Virus record (IMG/VR): IMGVR_UViG_3300010375_000019
Coordinates: 4,333 to 68,332 of that record
Source: a virus
Strand: one strand, 5' to 3'
DNA: 64,000 bases
Below are positions 47,301 through 57,458 of the stretch, piece after piece. A program made the translations under genes and the position numbers. Below the pieces are notes generated by a model. That model had not been told where the DNA came from. It saw only the letters and a program-made list of their open reading frames with translations, and ran no database searches. Numbering within the stretch: position 1 is the stretch's first letter; each line of letters starts with the position of its first letter.

Positions 47301-49519
47301 CCGCTGGGTTCTTCACCCCCGGCTCCTTGCTGATTTTGCTCTCCAGTTCCTTGAACCGTTGACCCGATCCCAGCTTCGGTTTCTTTTGGTAGTTGTACAT
47401 TGTCCTCTGGTGTTAAAATTGATTTATCAGTTTTTGGAGACTTGCTTCGCTTTGGTTTTTTAACGCCTGCTTCAACAGTTGGCAGTTTTTCAGCTTGTTG
47501 CGCTTGTGGTGTTTTTTCTTTGGTATTTTCTGGAACAGTTGGCTGTCCTGGTTGAGGTTGCTCAGTTTCAGGCGTTTCATTTTGCTTGGTTTCTGTGGAT
47601 GTCTCCGACATAGATGTCGGAGACATGGCTGTTACATATTCGGAACGTTGGACTTTTCTGTTGCCTTCATTGTCTGTATAAGAATGCTCAAAAAGATCGG
47701 ATGCGCCTTTTGTGTCCAATCCCTCAAGTTTTGTCCCTTTGTTTTTGTCGGAAAGTATTTTTATCCCCGATGGGTTGTTTTCAAATTCACCTGTTTCGTC
47801 ATTCTTTACAAAATGATGCAATTCTATTTCAACGAATCCTTTTTTGGTTTTCTTTCTTTCAACTTCATAGTATTCGTCATCGCTGACTTTTACTTTGTCG
47901 CCTGTTTGGGCGTTTTCAACAAGCCAATTACCCAATGCTTTAGGCGATTGATCCGTTTTTGATTGTTCGCCTGCCGATTGAAATCCTTCATTTGCGTTTT
48001 GTGGTTTCTCAGGCGGATTTGGTTCCTCTTTGGGAACTACTTTTTCTTCTTGCGGGACTGGAACTTCACTTTGGACGCTGCTGACCGTTTGTCCCCCTTG
48101 TGCATTGGAAGGTTCTTTGGTCCCTGTCCGGGGAATTCGTGACTCCACTTTTCCGCTATCTGTGGATGCTTCATCCACATGTACCGGCGTTGCGCTTCTG
48201 ACTGAAAGGGCATCGTTTTGTTGTTTAACGTTTCCTAAATCTGTTTTTGGATATTTCAAATTCTGTTCTGGCGAATTATTGGTCACTGAATGGGCACCAA
48301 GGCCTCCTACAGCACCTTGCGCCATTGCTTCCAAGCGTTCGCGGGACTTCTCGTTGGTGTTCGCATCGTTCCAAGATTTGCCAAGGTCGTTGCCTGCCGT
48401 CTGGCCAGCACCGATCTGTTCCATCCATGTCTGGGAATATTCCGTACCTCCTTCGATAGCACCTGCTTTGGCCATCATTGAGGCTCGGTTTCGTAGACTT
48501 TTCAACAACTGGTTCTTGGGAAATACCTTGGTGACGTTCTTTGCGCCAACGTAATCCAAAAGCCCTGCTGCTGTACCATAAGCAACCGATGCAGCTGGAT
48601 GGTCCAGTTTCTGGTCGATGACCTGTTTTATCGTAAGATTATTGTCTGCTGCTATTTTCTTGATGCCGTCAAGGTAGATGCTGCCAACCTCTTGGCCTAT
48701 TGAAGTTGTGCCAGCTGTTGCTATGCTTACTGGTATCTGTGCCGATGCTTGACCCAATGCAAAACTCAGCCAGTTAAGTGCATCTATAGGGTCTTTCACT
48801 TTTTGCAGGTTGGAGACCAAATCCTTTGACAGTTCCTCGCCTTTCTCACCGTGCTTTATGGACCAATCGATCAAGCCCTGTTTCGTACGCTTGATGCTTT
48901 CCTCTTGCTCTTTGGTATAAAGATTGGGCTGGGAGAAACTTTCGTGCTTGTCGGCCATGGTGGCCATGGCTCCTACTAAAGAAGATGGTAAATCATACGC
49001 CAACGTTTTCCATGCGCTTTTTGCAGCTGTGACTATAGGGTTTGATTCCTTTGGGCCTTCGCCCATCTGTTCAGCGATATATTCTTTTGCCTTCTGTTCA
49101 TCGTTCTGCTGCATTGACTGCTCAAAACGTTTTTGCTCAGGCGTTTTTTGGTTCTCCGCCATGACTTTGGCGAACTGTGCATCCTGTTCAGGCGTGGGAT
49201 TGATTGGTGTTCCTACCTTACCATTTGCCGCGGGCTGTGAAATATTTCCCTCTGGTGGAGGTTGAGGCAAAGAGGTTTCCGAACCAGGAAGCGATTCGGG
49301 TACTGAAATATCTTTTTTTTTTACAAATCCGAACTGGTCTTGAAACTCCTGTAGACTTTTGCTGTAAAGACCACGGCCCTTGAGTCCTTCATAAAGTTTG
49401 CCTATCGATACATCGTTGCTGAACTGGTCCTGGAAATCATTGAAGGTCTTTGTGTAAAGGCCTTTCTCGACCATTCCGTCATAGAGTTTCTGCTTTGGGT
49501 CCAATACCTGCTTTCCCAT
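44384..49519 (-). CDS. Large virion-internal/ejection protein
   Basis: 1711 aa; Ala/Gly amphipathic region, disordered linker with small SH3-like repeats, helical C-terminus (THARNFFGN, FVAFPAE). Confidence 0.7.
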   Translation of the reverse strand: MGKQVLDPKQKLYDGMVEKGLYTKTFNDFQDQFSNDVSIGKLYEGLKGRGLYSKSLQEFQDQFGFVKKKDISVPESLPGSETSLPQPPPEGNISQPAANGKVGTPINPTPEQDAQFAKVMAENQKTPEQKRFEQSMQQNDEQKAKEYIAEQMGEGPKESNPIVTAAKSAWKTLAYDLPSSLVGAMATMADKHESFSQPNLYTKEQEESIKRTKQGLIDWSIKHGEKGEELSKDLVSNLQKVKDPIDALNWLSFALGQASAQIPVSIATAGTTSIGQEVGSIYLDGIKKIAADNNLTIKQVIDQKLDHPAASVAYGTAAGLLDYVGAKNVTKVFPKNQLLKSLRNRASMMAKAGAIEGGTEYSQTWMEQIGAGQTAGNDLGKSWNDANTNEKSRERLEAMAQGAVGGLGAHSVTNNSPEQNLKYPKTDLGNVKQQNDALSVRSATPVHVDEASTDSGKVESRIPRTGTKEPSNAQGGQTVSSVQSEVPVPQEEKVVPKEEPNPPEKPQNANEGFQSAGEQSKTDQSPKALGNWLVENAQTGDKVKVSDDEYYEVERKKTKKGFVEIELHHFVKNDETGEFENNPSGIKILSDKNKGTKLEGLDTKGASDLFEHSYTDNEGNRKVQRSEYVTAMSPTSMSETSTETKQNETPETEQPQPGQPTVPENTKEKTPQAQQAEKLPTVEAGVKKPKRSKSPKTDKSILTPEDNVQLPKETEAGIGSTVQGTGEQNQQGAGGEEPSGSDSVNREENVRQSEVPEPSQSGTEENGVGEKIGKKVTFEWLGGEREGEIVSESHDRYKIKSGNTVYPVHKSSIIQTETKTETAEPSPKTTLNETTNVREEDKVNFEWKNSTKQGVVVSREGSKVKIKSGKKTYTVDRSKLQHQAPETASDVVAYNRRKKNPIGVVSNGLSHNFLFDTDLGDKIKKFFKEQFTSKGYLPQHVFDRWNKTRAEISAYESQIKFTISDLKKAIEKDYGKITDAQVTDLNAVLSGKKPLNPIPQRTLEIIQDMRAQVDNLSKRFIDEGIVSGDLSAKFTDNLGTYLTRSYRKYDDPFWSVPEEVKNKAMAFLRQKYANYSQEEMQGLVNYLLYSPDAPMAIMKGSKLGSKDLSILKKRGEIAPEIRALMGEYGDPLLNYARSVTKMANLIAKNHFLQDVRKDGMEKFLFDKPQGQFYAPIAAEGSRTMAPLNGLYTTPEIAQAFAEFNANEANSKFIQYLLKFFGYIKAGKTIFSIQTHARNFFGNLGFVIANGHWRLDKFGKAAQTAFANLYSNDKAMREKLQEYIKLGIVQDSASAGELRKIIGDIKEGNDFFERLNEGRLQKVKNGVLSTAQNLYQFEDDLYKIYAFENEYSRYKKAFPNWNKQQVKDKAAEIVRSTYPTYSLVPKIVKELRFNPFIGSFVAFPAEVIRTAYNTAALAKSELSSKETASIGAQRMAGLMTAVSLPLGASIASRAFLGMDDDDDKALRKFVAPWQETSEFLYLGHQADKITLLDMGYSDPFSYLKRPFYAFMNGNSIPESAFDMSWQILQPFLSEEMVLTAYQDVTRNQKKTGGQIYNPYSTPGEIAMDIFMHVESITQVGTVKSVENLAKALKGTTDTYGKQYDFGKELTALFTGQKTEVKDISQAFRYRVYRLSDAIKQTKKEFNLVMRNPSSKPEDKEHALKRKKETFTNIFKDYRALKLAALQLGVDIKQTKGEIENEMDNLLEELKTE
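47203..47400 (-). CDS. Nested small basic protein in the +1 frame of the ejection gene
   Basis: KPKLGSGQRFKEL...KNPAAVTASIGRKTYGKVKFQ, resembling a small phage protein family I recall. Confidence 0.6.
   Translation of the reverse strand: MYNYQKKPKLGSGQRFKELESKISKEPGVKNPAAVTASIGRKTYGKVKFQSLAKAGRRRMESEKK
48037..48213 (-). CDS. Nested small basic protein in the +1 frame (58 aa, not in ORF track)
   Basis: MPFQSEAQRRYMWMKHPQIAEKWSHEFPGQGPKNLPMHK... Confidence 0.6.
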   Translation of the reverse strand: MPFQSEAQRRYMWMKHPQIAEKWSHEFPGQGPKNLPMHKGDKRSAASKVKFQSRKKKK

Positions 49520-49522
49520 CTG

Positions 49523-50965
49523 TCAAAGGTCGTCAAATGCGCCTTTTTCAAAGTTAGCGTTATTTTCCTTCCACTTCAAATACGCGTTCTCGTTCATCTT
49601 TTCAGCCAGTTTCTTGCCGTGGTTGTGCTTCATGTAGTTGAAATACTCTGGGTTCTTCATGTCCACTGGAATATCGTGCACGGTAGTGAATGGCTTTTTG
49701 TTTCCCATCAAATCATTGGAAGTTCCTTCCTTCAGCACCAGTCTTATCACTGGCTTGTTGTCCTTATAGGCGGTGGTTGCACTCTGTATCTCCTTGCCGT
49801 CCCATTTGTTGTCGGAAGGTATTGGCACTTGTGCATTAAGGAATTCAGGGTTTTCAATTTTACCCTTAAAGAATTTGGGTACGATATTTCCTACCTTACC
49901 AATAATTGGGAATCCCATACTTGGAATTTCTTTTGTAGTTGCAAGGTTGTTCAATGCCTGCATCTGGTCGTTGGTTACCTTATAATGGTCTTCCTGTACA
50001 CTTGTACCCTCTTTTTGTGCTTGGGTATATGTTCCGATCGATCTAGTGTATTTTTTGTTGACTTCTGTCTGCAATTGTCTGACAACTGGTTCTACTTTAT
50101 CGTACACCAACGAATTGAACTTGGGGTCCGTCCTGATCTGGTTGTACACTTCTTGGACACGGTTTAGGTTGCTTGGGTCTTCCCCGTTTGCACGTAATTG
50201 ATCCTCTGCAACCTGCCAATAGGCTTTGTTCTCTATGCGGGGATCACTGTGGATCAAAAAATTTGTGGTCTCACCGATGTTCTTGAAACGCACGCCATGC
50301 TGTTGTGTTTTTTCCAGTTGGCCGAATGGTGTATTTATAATTGTTCCTTCAGGCGCGTAGGTCATCTGTGACTTGATTGGTCCCAATGAATCAGTCACCA
50401 AGGCATTGACATTGTAAGCACTAGGATGTGAGTTCATAGCCCTTAGTTCATCTGTATTGATGTTGTTAATGTGTTTATCTATGAGTCTTCCATTGGGATC
50501 TACATCATACAATAAACTTGACCTGAGTTTGGTCATGGCATTAGTATCGAACTTGTTCCTGTCCTTCAAATATTCCTGTTGGTGCTGTTTAACAATATCT
50601 TGGGCTTCATTTCTTTTGGCTATATTACTGTTCACTGTTGATTCATCCTCAGCCAATGCCTGCTTTATCTCAAGCCCAGACAAATGCGGGTTTTTCAACG
50701 CCATGTCATAAGTTTTCTTTTTGTGTGCACCTATTTCGCGTAGGCTTTCCTCTTGTTGGAATGTACCTGGTTTGTTGAAATCACTTTTCAAAAGTTCTTG
50801 ATCTCGTTGATGTTGCTGCCGCTGCAACATCTGGTCATAATAGCGCTTGTTCAAAAGGTTCTGGTTCATGAACTGCTGCCTGCGCAACAGTACATCCAAT
50901 CCCTTGTTGCCCTGGAATATCTGTGCCTCTCCTGCACCTGTGCCTATTACTCCTAGGGTGGTCAT
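49523..50965 (-). CDS. Putative ejection protein
   Basis: 480 aa, Q-rich helical N-terminus, adjacent to the large ejection gene. Confidence 0.5.
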   Translation of the reverse strand: MTTLGVIGTGAGEAQIFQGNKGLDVLLRRQQFMNQNLLNKRYYDQMLQRQQHQRDQELLKSDFNKPGTFQQEESLREIGAHKKKTYDMALKNPHLSGLEIKQALAEDESTVNSNIAKRNEAQDIVKQHQQEYLKDRNKFDTNAMTKLRSSLLYDVDPNGRLIDKHINNINTDELRAMNSHPSAYNVNALVTDSLGPIKSQMTYAPEGTIINTPFGQLEKTQQHGVRFKNIGETTNFLIHSDPRIENKAYWQVAEDQLRANGEDPSNLNRVQEVYNQIRTDPKFNSLVYDKVEPVVRQLQTEVNKKYTRSIGTYTQAQKEGTSVQEDHYKVTNDQMQALNNLATTKEIPSMGFPIIGKVGNIVPKFFKGKIENPEFLNAQVPIPSDNKWDGKEIQSATTAYKDNKPVIRLVLKEGTSNDLMGNKKPFTTVHDIPVDMKNPEYFNYMKHNHGKKLAEKMNENAYLKWKENNANFEKGAFDDL

Positions 50966-51601
50966 TTACGATGGTGTTTCATTAGGCGATGGATAATCCC
51001 TCATGCTCCAGAATGATGAAGATGGTCTGTTCCAATAATTTGGTATTCCATAAGAGCCACCGTAACCACCGCCACCATAGCCACCCTTCAATGAAGCTGT
51101 CTGTGCAGCGATACCTGTCAGATCGTTGACCGCGCCATATCTGTTCTGCATGGCTGCCCCTTCAAGTTGACGCTGGTAATTAAGAAACTGTTGTTGATCT
51201 TGGTTTTGAAATCCTGCCACATTGGAATTTGCGGCCATCAATTTGCCCAAAGCGTTCTGTTTGAAGTTTTGGTACCTTGAGGCAATGTCATTGTTCATTT
51301 TGTTTTTCAATCCCCCTTCGATATTGGCTGCACTGTTGAGAATATCGGTTGCCGATCTTGCGTTGCGTTGGACATTGCCTATTGCATTTGAAACAGTCTT
51401 GTCATTGCGTGCTTCGTCAGCGCTCTGACCTGCGTATGTTGTCGCATTGGCTTGTTGTTGCGCAAGTTTTTGATTGTCCAATGCAGCAGGAGGAACATAG
51501 TTTGTTGGCTTCTGGCGCTTGGCAGCAGTATCCTGCTGGTTCGCCTGATAGAGTTTGTATGTTGTGCCTGCTACGGCAACTGCACTTGCGACCCAGGTCA
51601 T
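50966..51601 (-). CDS. Putative internal virion (pilot) protein
   Basis: MTWVASAVAVAG N-terminus, A/Q/N-rich. Confidence 0.55.
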   Translation of the reverse strand: MTWVASAVAVAGTTYKLYQANQQDTAAKRQKPTNYVPPAALDNQKLAQQQANATTYAGQSADEARNDKTVSNAIGNVQRNARSATDILNSAANIEGGLKNKMNNDIASRYQNFKQNALGKLMAANSNVAGFQNQDQQQFLNYQRQLEGAAMQNRYGAVNDLTGIAAQTASLKGGYGGGGYGGSYGIPNYWNRPSSSFWSMRDYPSPNETPS

Positions 51602-52131
51602 CGTAACGATAATTTAAGTTTGAATTTTCTCAAAAACCTAATAATAGGATTCTCTTGCAATTTCCTAAATTTTTCATACTCTTCATAATCCTTGGCAATC
51701 ACGATATTTTCCAGTTTTTCAAGGTCTTCCGTATTGCTCGGGTTTGAGTGAACAGTAATCCACCAAGTGTCGGTCAAGCAATGGAGCATCCTTTTAGTGC
51801 CATCTTCTGAAATCATGGACAATGGGCCTTCCAATAATTCAGGTCCGCGTCCTTCTGTTATCACTTCCACTATTCCTGACATCAAAAAGTTAGGATGTTT
51901 GTGCTTGTGGATTTTGCCTGTCAAATATGTGCCTGCGGGTATCCTTATCTCGCGCACGTAAATACCATCAGTGAATGAATGTTTCAGTGGACATACTTGA
52001 TTATCGCCTATCAACACGTTTTCGTTTTGCATCAACAATTCCTCGAAATCGAATATCTTCTCCCTGAGTTCCTTTCTGAGGGGATGCGATCTGTCCAATG
52101 ATTTTTTATTCAGTGTACTCACTTTTAACAT
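51598..52131 (-). CDS. Cupin-like protein
   Basis: HSFTDGIYVREIRIPAG...GKIHKHKH..FLMSG...WITVH. Confidence 0.7.
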   Translation of the reverse strand: MLKVSTLNKKSLDRSHPLRKELREKIFDFEELLMQNENVLIGDNQVCPLKHSFTDGIYVREIRIPAGTYLTGKIHKHKHPNFLMSGIVEVITEGRGPELLEGPLSMISEDGTKRMLHCLTDTWWITVHSNPSNTEDLEKLENIVIAKDYEEYEKFRKLQENPIIRFLRKFKLKLSLR

Positions 52132-55100
52132 AGGCGAGGTTTATGAACTGCATGGAGTTCTTGTTTGTGGAGTCATCGTTCACTTGTAGCAATAAATATT
52201 TTGAACGCATGTCATCTCCTTGACGTAGCGATATAGTTGCATATACAACCAATGAATCTATCACTATATGTGCACTACCCAATCCTGAACCATCATCTTC
52301 ATTTTTAACACGTACACAGATAGAATCAAAATTACTTGGTGATGGTACATTTATAATATCAGAAAAAGTACCGTTCCCTTCTACCGATACCAAAGCAGTG
52401 TAAACCACCACACCAGATAAAATAAGTTCAATTGTAAAATCAAATGCTTTTGTAAATCCATTTGTGATGGTGAATGAATAATTTATTTTATATGCAATAC
52501 CTGCCAATCCAGATACAGGAAGTTTATACCTATTGCTTGCATAAAATAAAGCAGTGTTCAGCAAATTCACACTTGGATTTGATGATATGGTCCATGCTGC
52601 CGTACCTACACTTGCATCATTTGAACCGCTTGACAATACAGGAGCTATGTTTATCGTATTGAAAGTAAGTAATTCTATCAGTGTGTTGACATCCTTTAAT
52701 ATGTTCGCATAAAACGTGTTCTCCTTTTTCTCGAACTCGTCAGATTTGAGATATGAATACTGTCCTTCCTCAGTGAAAAGTTCCACCTGTTTGAAGTCCA
52801 CATCTGATGAAATGGATTCCATAGCAAGATCGATACCCATGAAGTCCTTTGACCATCCAGGGTGAGGGTTCACTGCAAGTTTAAGGAACGAGGTGTACTG
52901 CACTCCATAGAAATTATTGTAAATGCTGTTTTCGTTATGCACCCAAAATTGTCCGTTCTTGAAAGAGACAAGCTTGTTGTTGATTTTTCCATAAAATTCA
53001 GGGATGAATGCATACCTGATCGTCCATTTGTCTTTCTCATAATTGAAAGCGATAGTCTCGCTTGCGCCTGTCCCGTCATTGAAAGTCAATAGGTATTCTT
53101 TGTTGAAAGGATCATGTCCCCCGATGATTTTTACACCGTCCTTGTTGGGAAGGTACAATTCGGATTTTGTCCTGAAATATTCCTTCCTTCCGTAATTGCT
53201 GATCGGGAACTGTCCTTCGTTGGTATACCTCCAAACTGCGCCTGCGTAAATATCGAAACCGAAAACATTTCCTTCTATGTAAACAACCGATTCAGGATGG
53301 TAACTTCCATAACCACCATCTTGTAGCGCTCTGTTATAGGCGACCACATCAGAACTGGCAATCAAATCCTGTGATCCGTCTGATTTTGTGATGACATTTT
53401 CATTGGTATACACCACCGTTGAATTGAATTCATGTACTATCAACAACCTGTTTCCTACCGTCAAAATCTTGGTGATCGCTCCGCGTTCATAGGGCAATGA
53501 ATACTGATTGCCAGAATCGAACGAACTGAGTCCGTTGATATTGGTGTCCTGTACATAAGTATTGCTGAAACGGATGACCGATGTCCGTGGAAAGGCTTTT
53601 TTATCCAAAACATCCGCTATTGTTTTGCCTTGGCTTCTTGCAACTTTAGTGTAGTCAGAAACTATTATTTTAACATTGCTGAACACACTTGGTTGCGATG
53701 GATATACATTGGCGTTTTCCACATTTTGTGTGTTCACCAAAGTAGTTGTAGGTGTTGGGCTTTCGGCAAACAACAGACTATCTGCGTTCTGTTGCAACTT
53801 GGTGACACCTGGAAATCCACCCCGCCCATCGATGGCACTTACGTAAGTCGTCTCGGGACTATGGGTATTATACGTTTGTTGAAAATAAAATTGAGATTCA
53901 CCATTTGTTTTATACAGTGCATCGGAAAAGAAAGCGCCACTATATAAAATGTTTGCTCCTTTTGAGTACAGATAGGTTGGACCTTGCAGATCCTTGATGG
54001 ATGGAAAAGTAAATGTGCCATCTGCATTAACCTCTATCCTTTTGCCTATTTCATAAAAAACATTGTTGGAAGGAGCATCTTTTGGCACAAAAAACTCAAC
54101 AGCAAATGAAGAAGGAAGGCTTGACCAATCGGTTATCCCGAAGTTGTTTATAACTACGTAATCACCTATGATATTCTGTATTTTCTCAATGTTCGTTGTT
54201 ATAGGAAGCGAATTTGCTTTTATGTAATTATCGATACCGACTGGCCGTACATAAAAAGTAGTATCCAAAGTGACCGCAAAATCCTTTGGTATCTGCAACC
54301 ATATTTGCGAAAAGTCGGCTTGCAATGCAGGTTTTGCCTTTGTGAAAATCCTTCCATTTATCAATACTTCTGTACCTGCAACTGAATACCCTGTCACGTT
54401 ATCGTACTTATAGAAATAAGGCCTTACATTGGACTGATGGTATGTTTGATAAAATTGGTCCTCAGTGACGCAAAGGCTTATGAACCTTACCTTTGGGCTA
54501 GTTGAAAAATTACCGGAGACATCAAAATCCAAAGTCCTGTTATTGTACGAGCCGTAATGTTCTATTTCGCCTCCCAATGGCCTGCTGTCCCTTTTGGTAA
54601 AATCATTTGCAATTGTCAGTTTGGTGGGCGAAACAACGCCCATGCAACGTAATTGATAATCAAAGACTGCTATACCGAACAGATGGACTGCATTGTTTTT
54701 CCAATAGGTTTTGAAAGGATTGGGCATCACCCTAATCAATTCCCAATTTCTTGTATATGTCCCGACAAGTGCAGTATAGGCAGCATCTATTCTTATGGTG
54801 GCAACCCCAGCAGTTATTGATATTACATTTCCGCCAAGAAAAAAACCTCCTGAAGCAAATCCTGGCAACGCGTCTGATGTGTAGAACATAACCCTATCGC
54901 CAACCACGAAACTTGTGACAAATGGAGTTATAAAACTCTGGTTGCTGGCAATGGTCAAAGATCCATTCCATACATCGTGTGATGAATCCTTTGTGTAACG
55001 TGGTGTTATTGTTATAGTAGGCGAATCAAGAACATCGAAATTCTCTTCATCGGCCGTAACGAAAACCCTGTTCTTGTGTAGACAAAGTGCTTTTGAGAAA

Positions 55101-56089
55101 TTGGGTACCGCTTCAAAAAGTTTGCTGGTGCTAGTAATGTCTACATCGATCAGATTTGCATTTTTCAAATCAAAAACAGCGCTTAATACGCCTGCCGAAT
55201 TGAATATTTTCCATATTCTCCAATTCCCTGTATTGTTTTCCCTATAAAGGAATTCCACCTGCTTAACTATGGCAACATTGACATTGTCAAATCCGCCATT
55301 GACAAATACTGAAATCGTGTTTTTGTAATTATACACAAATTCACCATCGACAACGTTTGTCTTTGTCTTGTTGAAAAAATCAGGATCGAAATCGGCATAA
55401 CTCAAATCGGAATAAGGGGCAATGACCGAATATTCATTGTCAAGATATTTGTACCTATAACTGAACTGTATGTTTTTGTCGGTTATTTTATTGATGATGT
55501 CCCCGTCATCTACCCTTGCATACTCAGGATGTTGCAATCCGTAAAACGTGTCCTGCGCCAAAATAGGAGGTATTATCGGGACAGGTCTTATCAATGTGAT
55601 GTCCTCCACAAAGGAACTTGAATAATCACGCTGCATATTGATTACGCGCTGTGGATTAAACCCATCGCTCCAATAAAGCAATTGACCTATGGAACCTACG
55701 CCTGTTATTAAATACCTTCTGTCGTTCTGGAAATTCAATCCTAATATTTGGATCAAGGTAACTATCGAATCAGTCTCAGGCGAATACGCATATACTCCAT
55801 GGTCACCGTTGCTGTTGTAGTTCCAGAAAACAAGCCTGTTGTTCAATTGATCTTCGTAAGTACCTATACACACATTGCTGCCAGACGGAAGCGAATTGCT
55901 TTTTAGCACGTTCCCTTTCACGTTCTCTGCCCTGAGCGATGAACCGCTCTCCGAGGTATAGTAATGTTTATTGAGCCCGTCGATGACAGGGTTGATGATG
56001 GATCTGTTGCCATCATTGCCCAGTTCTACCGCCAAGGGGGAAATATCAGTATTGATACCGACAGGTTTTATTTTCTCGATCAGGATCAT
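52106..56089 (-). CDS. Tail stabilisation/muzzle protein (crAss-like, P22 gp10-like)
   Basis: 1327 aa beta-propeller-rich; LYWSDG.N, FSYRYKY.DNEYS, GSYHPES, NNFYGVQY. Confidence 0.8.
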   Translation of the reverse strand: MILIEKIKPVGINTDISPLAVELGNDGNRSIINPVIDGLNKHYYTSESGSSLRAENVKGNVLKSNSLPSGSNVCIGTYEDQLNNRLVFWNYNSNGDHGVYAYSPETDSIVTLIQILGLNFQNDRRYLITGVGSIGQLLYWSDGFNPQRVINMQRDYSSSFVEDITLIRPVPIIPPILAQDTFYGLQHPEYARVDDGDIINKITDKNIQFSYRYKYLDNEYSVIAPYSDLSYADFDPDFFNKTKTNVVDGEFVYNYKNTISVFVNGGFDNVNVAIVKQVEFLYRENNTGNWRIWKIFNSAGVLSAVFDLKNANLIDVDITSTSKLFEAVPNFSKALCLHKNRVFVTADEENFDVLDSPTITITPRYTKDSSHDVWNGSLTIASNQSFITPFVTSFVVGDRVMFYTSDALPGFASGGFFLGGNVISITAGVATIRIDAAYTALVGTYTRNWELIRVMPNPFKTYWKNNAVHLFGIAVFDYQLRCMGVVSPTKLTIANDFTKRDSRPLGGEIEHYGSYNNRTLDFDVSGNFSTSPKVRFISLCVTEDQFYQTYHQSNVRPYFYKYDNVTGYSVAGTEVLINGRIFTKAKPALQADFSQIWLQIPKDFAVTLDTTFYVRPVGIDNYIKANSLPITTNIEKIQNIIGDYVVINNFGITDWSSLPSSFAVEFFVPKDAPSNNVFYEIGKRIEVNADGTFTFPSIKDLQGPTYLYSKGANILYSGAFFSDALYKTNGESQFYFQQTYNTHSPETTYVSAIDGRGGFPGVTKLQQNADSLLFAESPTPTTTLVNTQNVENANVYPSQPSVFSNVKIIVSDYTKVARSQGKTIADVLDKKAFPRTSVIRFSNTYVQDTNINGLSSFDSGNQYSLPYERGAITKILTVGNRLLIVHEFNSTVVYTNENVITKSDGSQDLIASSDVVAYNRALQDGGYGSYHPESVVYIEGNVFGFDIYAGAVWRYTNEGQFPISNYGRKEYFRTKSELYLPNKDGVKIIGGHDPFNKEYLLTFNDGTGASETIAFNYEKDKWTIRYAFIPEFYGKINNKLVSFKNGQFWVHNENSIYNNFYGVQYTSFLKLAVNPHPGWSKDFMGIDLAMESISSDVDFKQVELFTEEGQYSYLKSDEFEKKENTFYANILKDVNTLIELLTFNTINIAPVLSSGSNDASVGTAAWTISSNPSVNLLNTALFYASNRYKLPVSGLAGIAYKINYSFTITNGFTKAFDFTIELILSGVVVYTALVSVEGNGTFSDIINVPSPSNFDSICVRVKNEDDGSGLGSAHIVIDSLVVYATISLRQGDDMRSKYLLLQVNDDSTNKNSMQFINLAYVKSEYTE

Positions 56090-56913
56090 GGTATTTTAGG
56101 CGTCATTTGATAGCCTTGGTAGAACAGCCATTGATATATGTCCTCGAGCCTCAAGTCCCAGTTGCGATCCATGATCTTCAAAGTCTGGCGCCTGAACTCT
56201 TCTTTGGAATCTTCTTTCTGTGACACACTTGCCGTTTTGCTGTGGTGGTAATATTCCTTGAGTATACCTGCCACAATATACTCTGCTTGAAATGGATGTA
56301 TCAACGTTTCTTTCTTAGGATCCCAGATATTAGATAAGTACATGAGGTACACTGGCTTCTGCAAATTGATGTTGAGGAACGTGCCTGCGAATTGCAGTTC
56401 ACTCACATCTTTGTTCCTGTTCTCTGTGAAATATCCGAGTCCGTTGTCCTTTACAACAAGCCCGTACAGTTTTCCTGGGTCTTCACCAAGCGGTGTAAGG
56501 TTCAAATAAGGGAACATGTAATCAGCCTGCGTTGGCAACTGTGTGATATCCTGCATGTATGTCGGCTGAGGATTCGGAAGTTTCTGATTATTGTTGTTAG
56601 GATCTTTGTCAAAATACAAAGCGATATTGTCGTCTTTGACGAAGGTCATTACATCGCTGCCGTTCTCGATCCCTACTGAAATCCAGTCAATTGCATCGTC
56701 AGGTAACTGAATAGCTAACCATGGCTTCCAATTTACTCGGATAGTTCTGATGTCTTTGTTGAAGTCAAAATGAATTTCTTCTGCGTACTTTTCAGCCCAT
56801 CTCAAAAATTGGAATTGTCTGTGCATGGTTTCGCCAACATCATTTAATGCGTCATTGACAATTTCCATCAAAGGCCTATATGTCAATTTTGAACCCCTCA
56901 TAATTTTGTCCAA
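56086..56913 (-). CDS. Tail tubular/ring protein
   Basis: LPDDAIDW motif; position in the tail module. Confidence 0.6.
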   Translation of the reverse strand: MDKIMRGSKLTYRPLMEIVNDALNDVGETMHRQFQFLRWAEKYAEEIHFDFNKDIRTIRVNWKPWLAIQLPDDAIDWISVGIENGSDVMTFVKDDNIALYFDKDPNNNNQKLPNPQPTYMQDITQLPTQADYMFPYLNLTPLGEDPGKLYGLVVKDNGLGYFTENRNKDVSELQFAGTFLNINLQKPVYLMYLSNIWDPKKETLIHPFQAEYIVAGILKEYYHHSKTASVSQKEDSKEEFRRQTLKIMDRNWDLRLEDIYQWLFYQGYQMTPKIP

Positions 56914-57458
56914 CTTTTAAAATTCTTAATTGCTGAAATCTGAGATTGTGAAACCTTAAATTTTTTAGCTAAGTCTTTTTGAACCCCTCCCATGGAAAGA
57001 TAATTTCTTATCTCAATGACATCATTTAAGGTCAATCGTGCATTTCCTGAATTTTCACCATGTGGATTACGATAAGTTATAAGACCTATTTTATAAGCAT
57101 GTTTACTATTTTCAGATATAGTTACCCACTCTAAGTTTTCCACACGGTTGTCGGTCTTGATGCCATTGATGTGGTTGACACATGGTTTGTTTTCTGGGTT
57201 TGGAATGAAGGCTTGAGCAACCAAACGATGAACCCATACTCTTGTTTTTACATTATTTTTAACCAAAGTAACTTTTGGATAAAAATTACGCATCGTTTTA
57301 CTAATGTCTAATACTAATATTCTTCCTTTTATTTTTCTACTAGAATTATTTCTTCCTCTTAAAATCTGATCGAAAGATTTAACCCTCCCAATATTTGATA
57401 TTTGATATAGATTTTCATAATCAATAATATCTTTCCATATTTCTGTTTCACATTTCAT
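56898..57458 (-). mobile_element. NUMOD4-HNH homing endonuclease gene
   Basis: EIWKDI..YE..YQISN.GRVKS, VHRLVA.AFIPNP, VNHING.KTDNRVENLEW; AT-rich insertion between tail genes. Confidence 0.92.

Noticed and set aside
44936-49265. Numerous plus-strand ORFs antisense to the ejection gene (and likewise to portal, terL, dnaB)
   Set aside because: Shadow ORFs from codon bias, with no motifs
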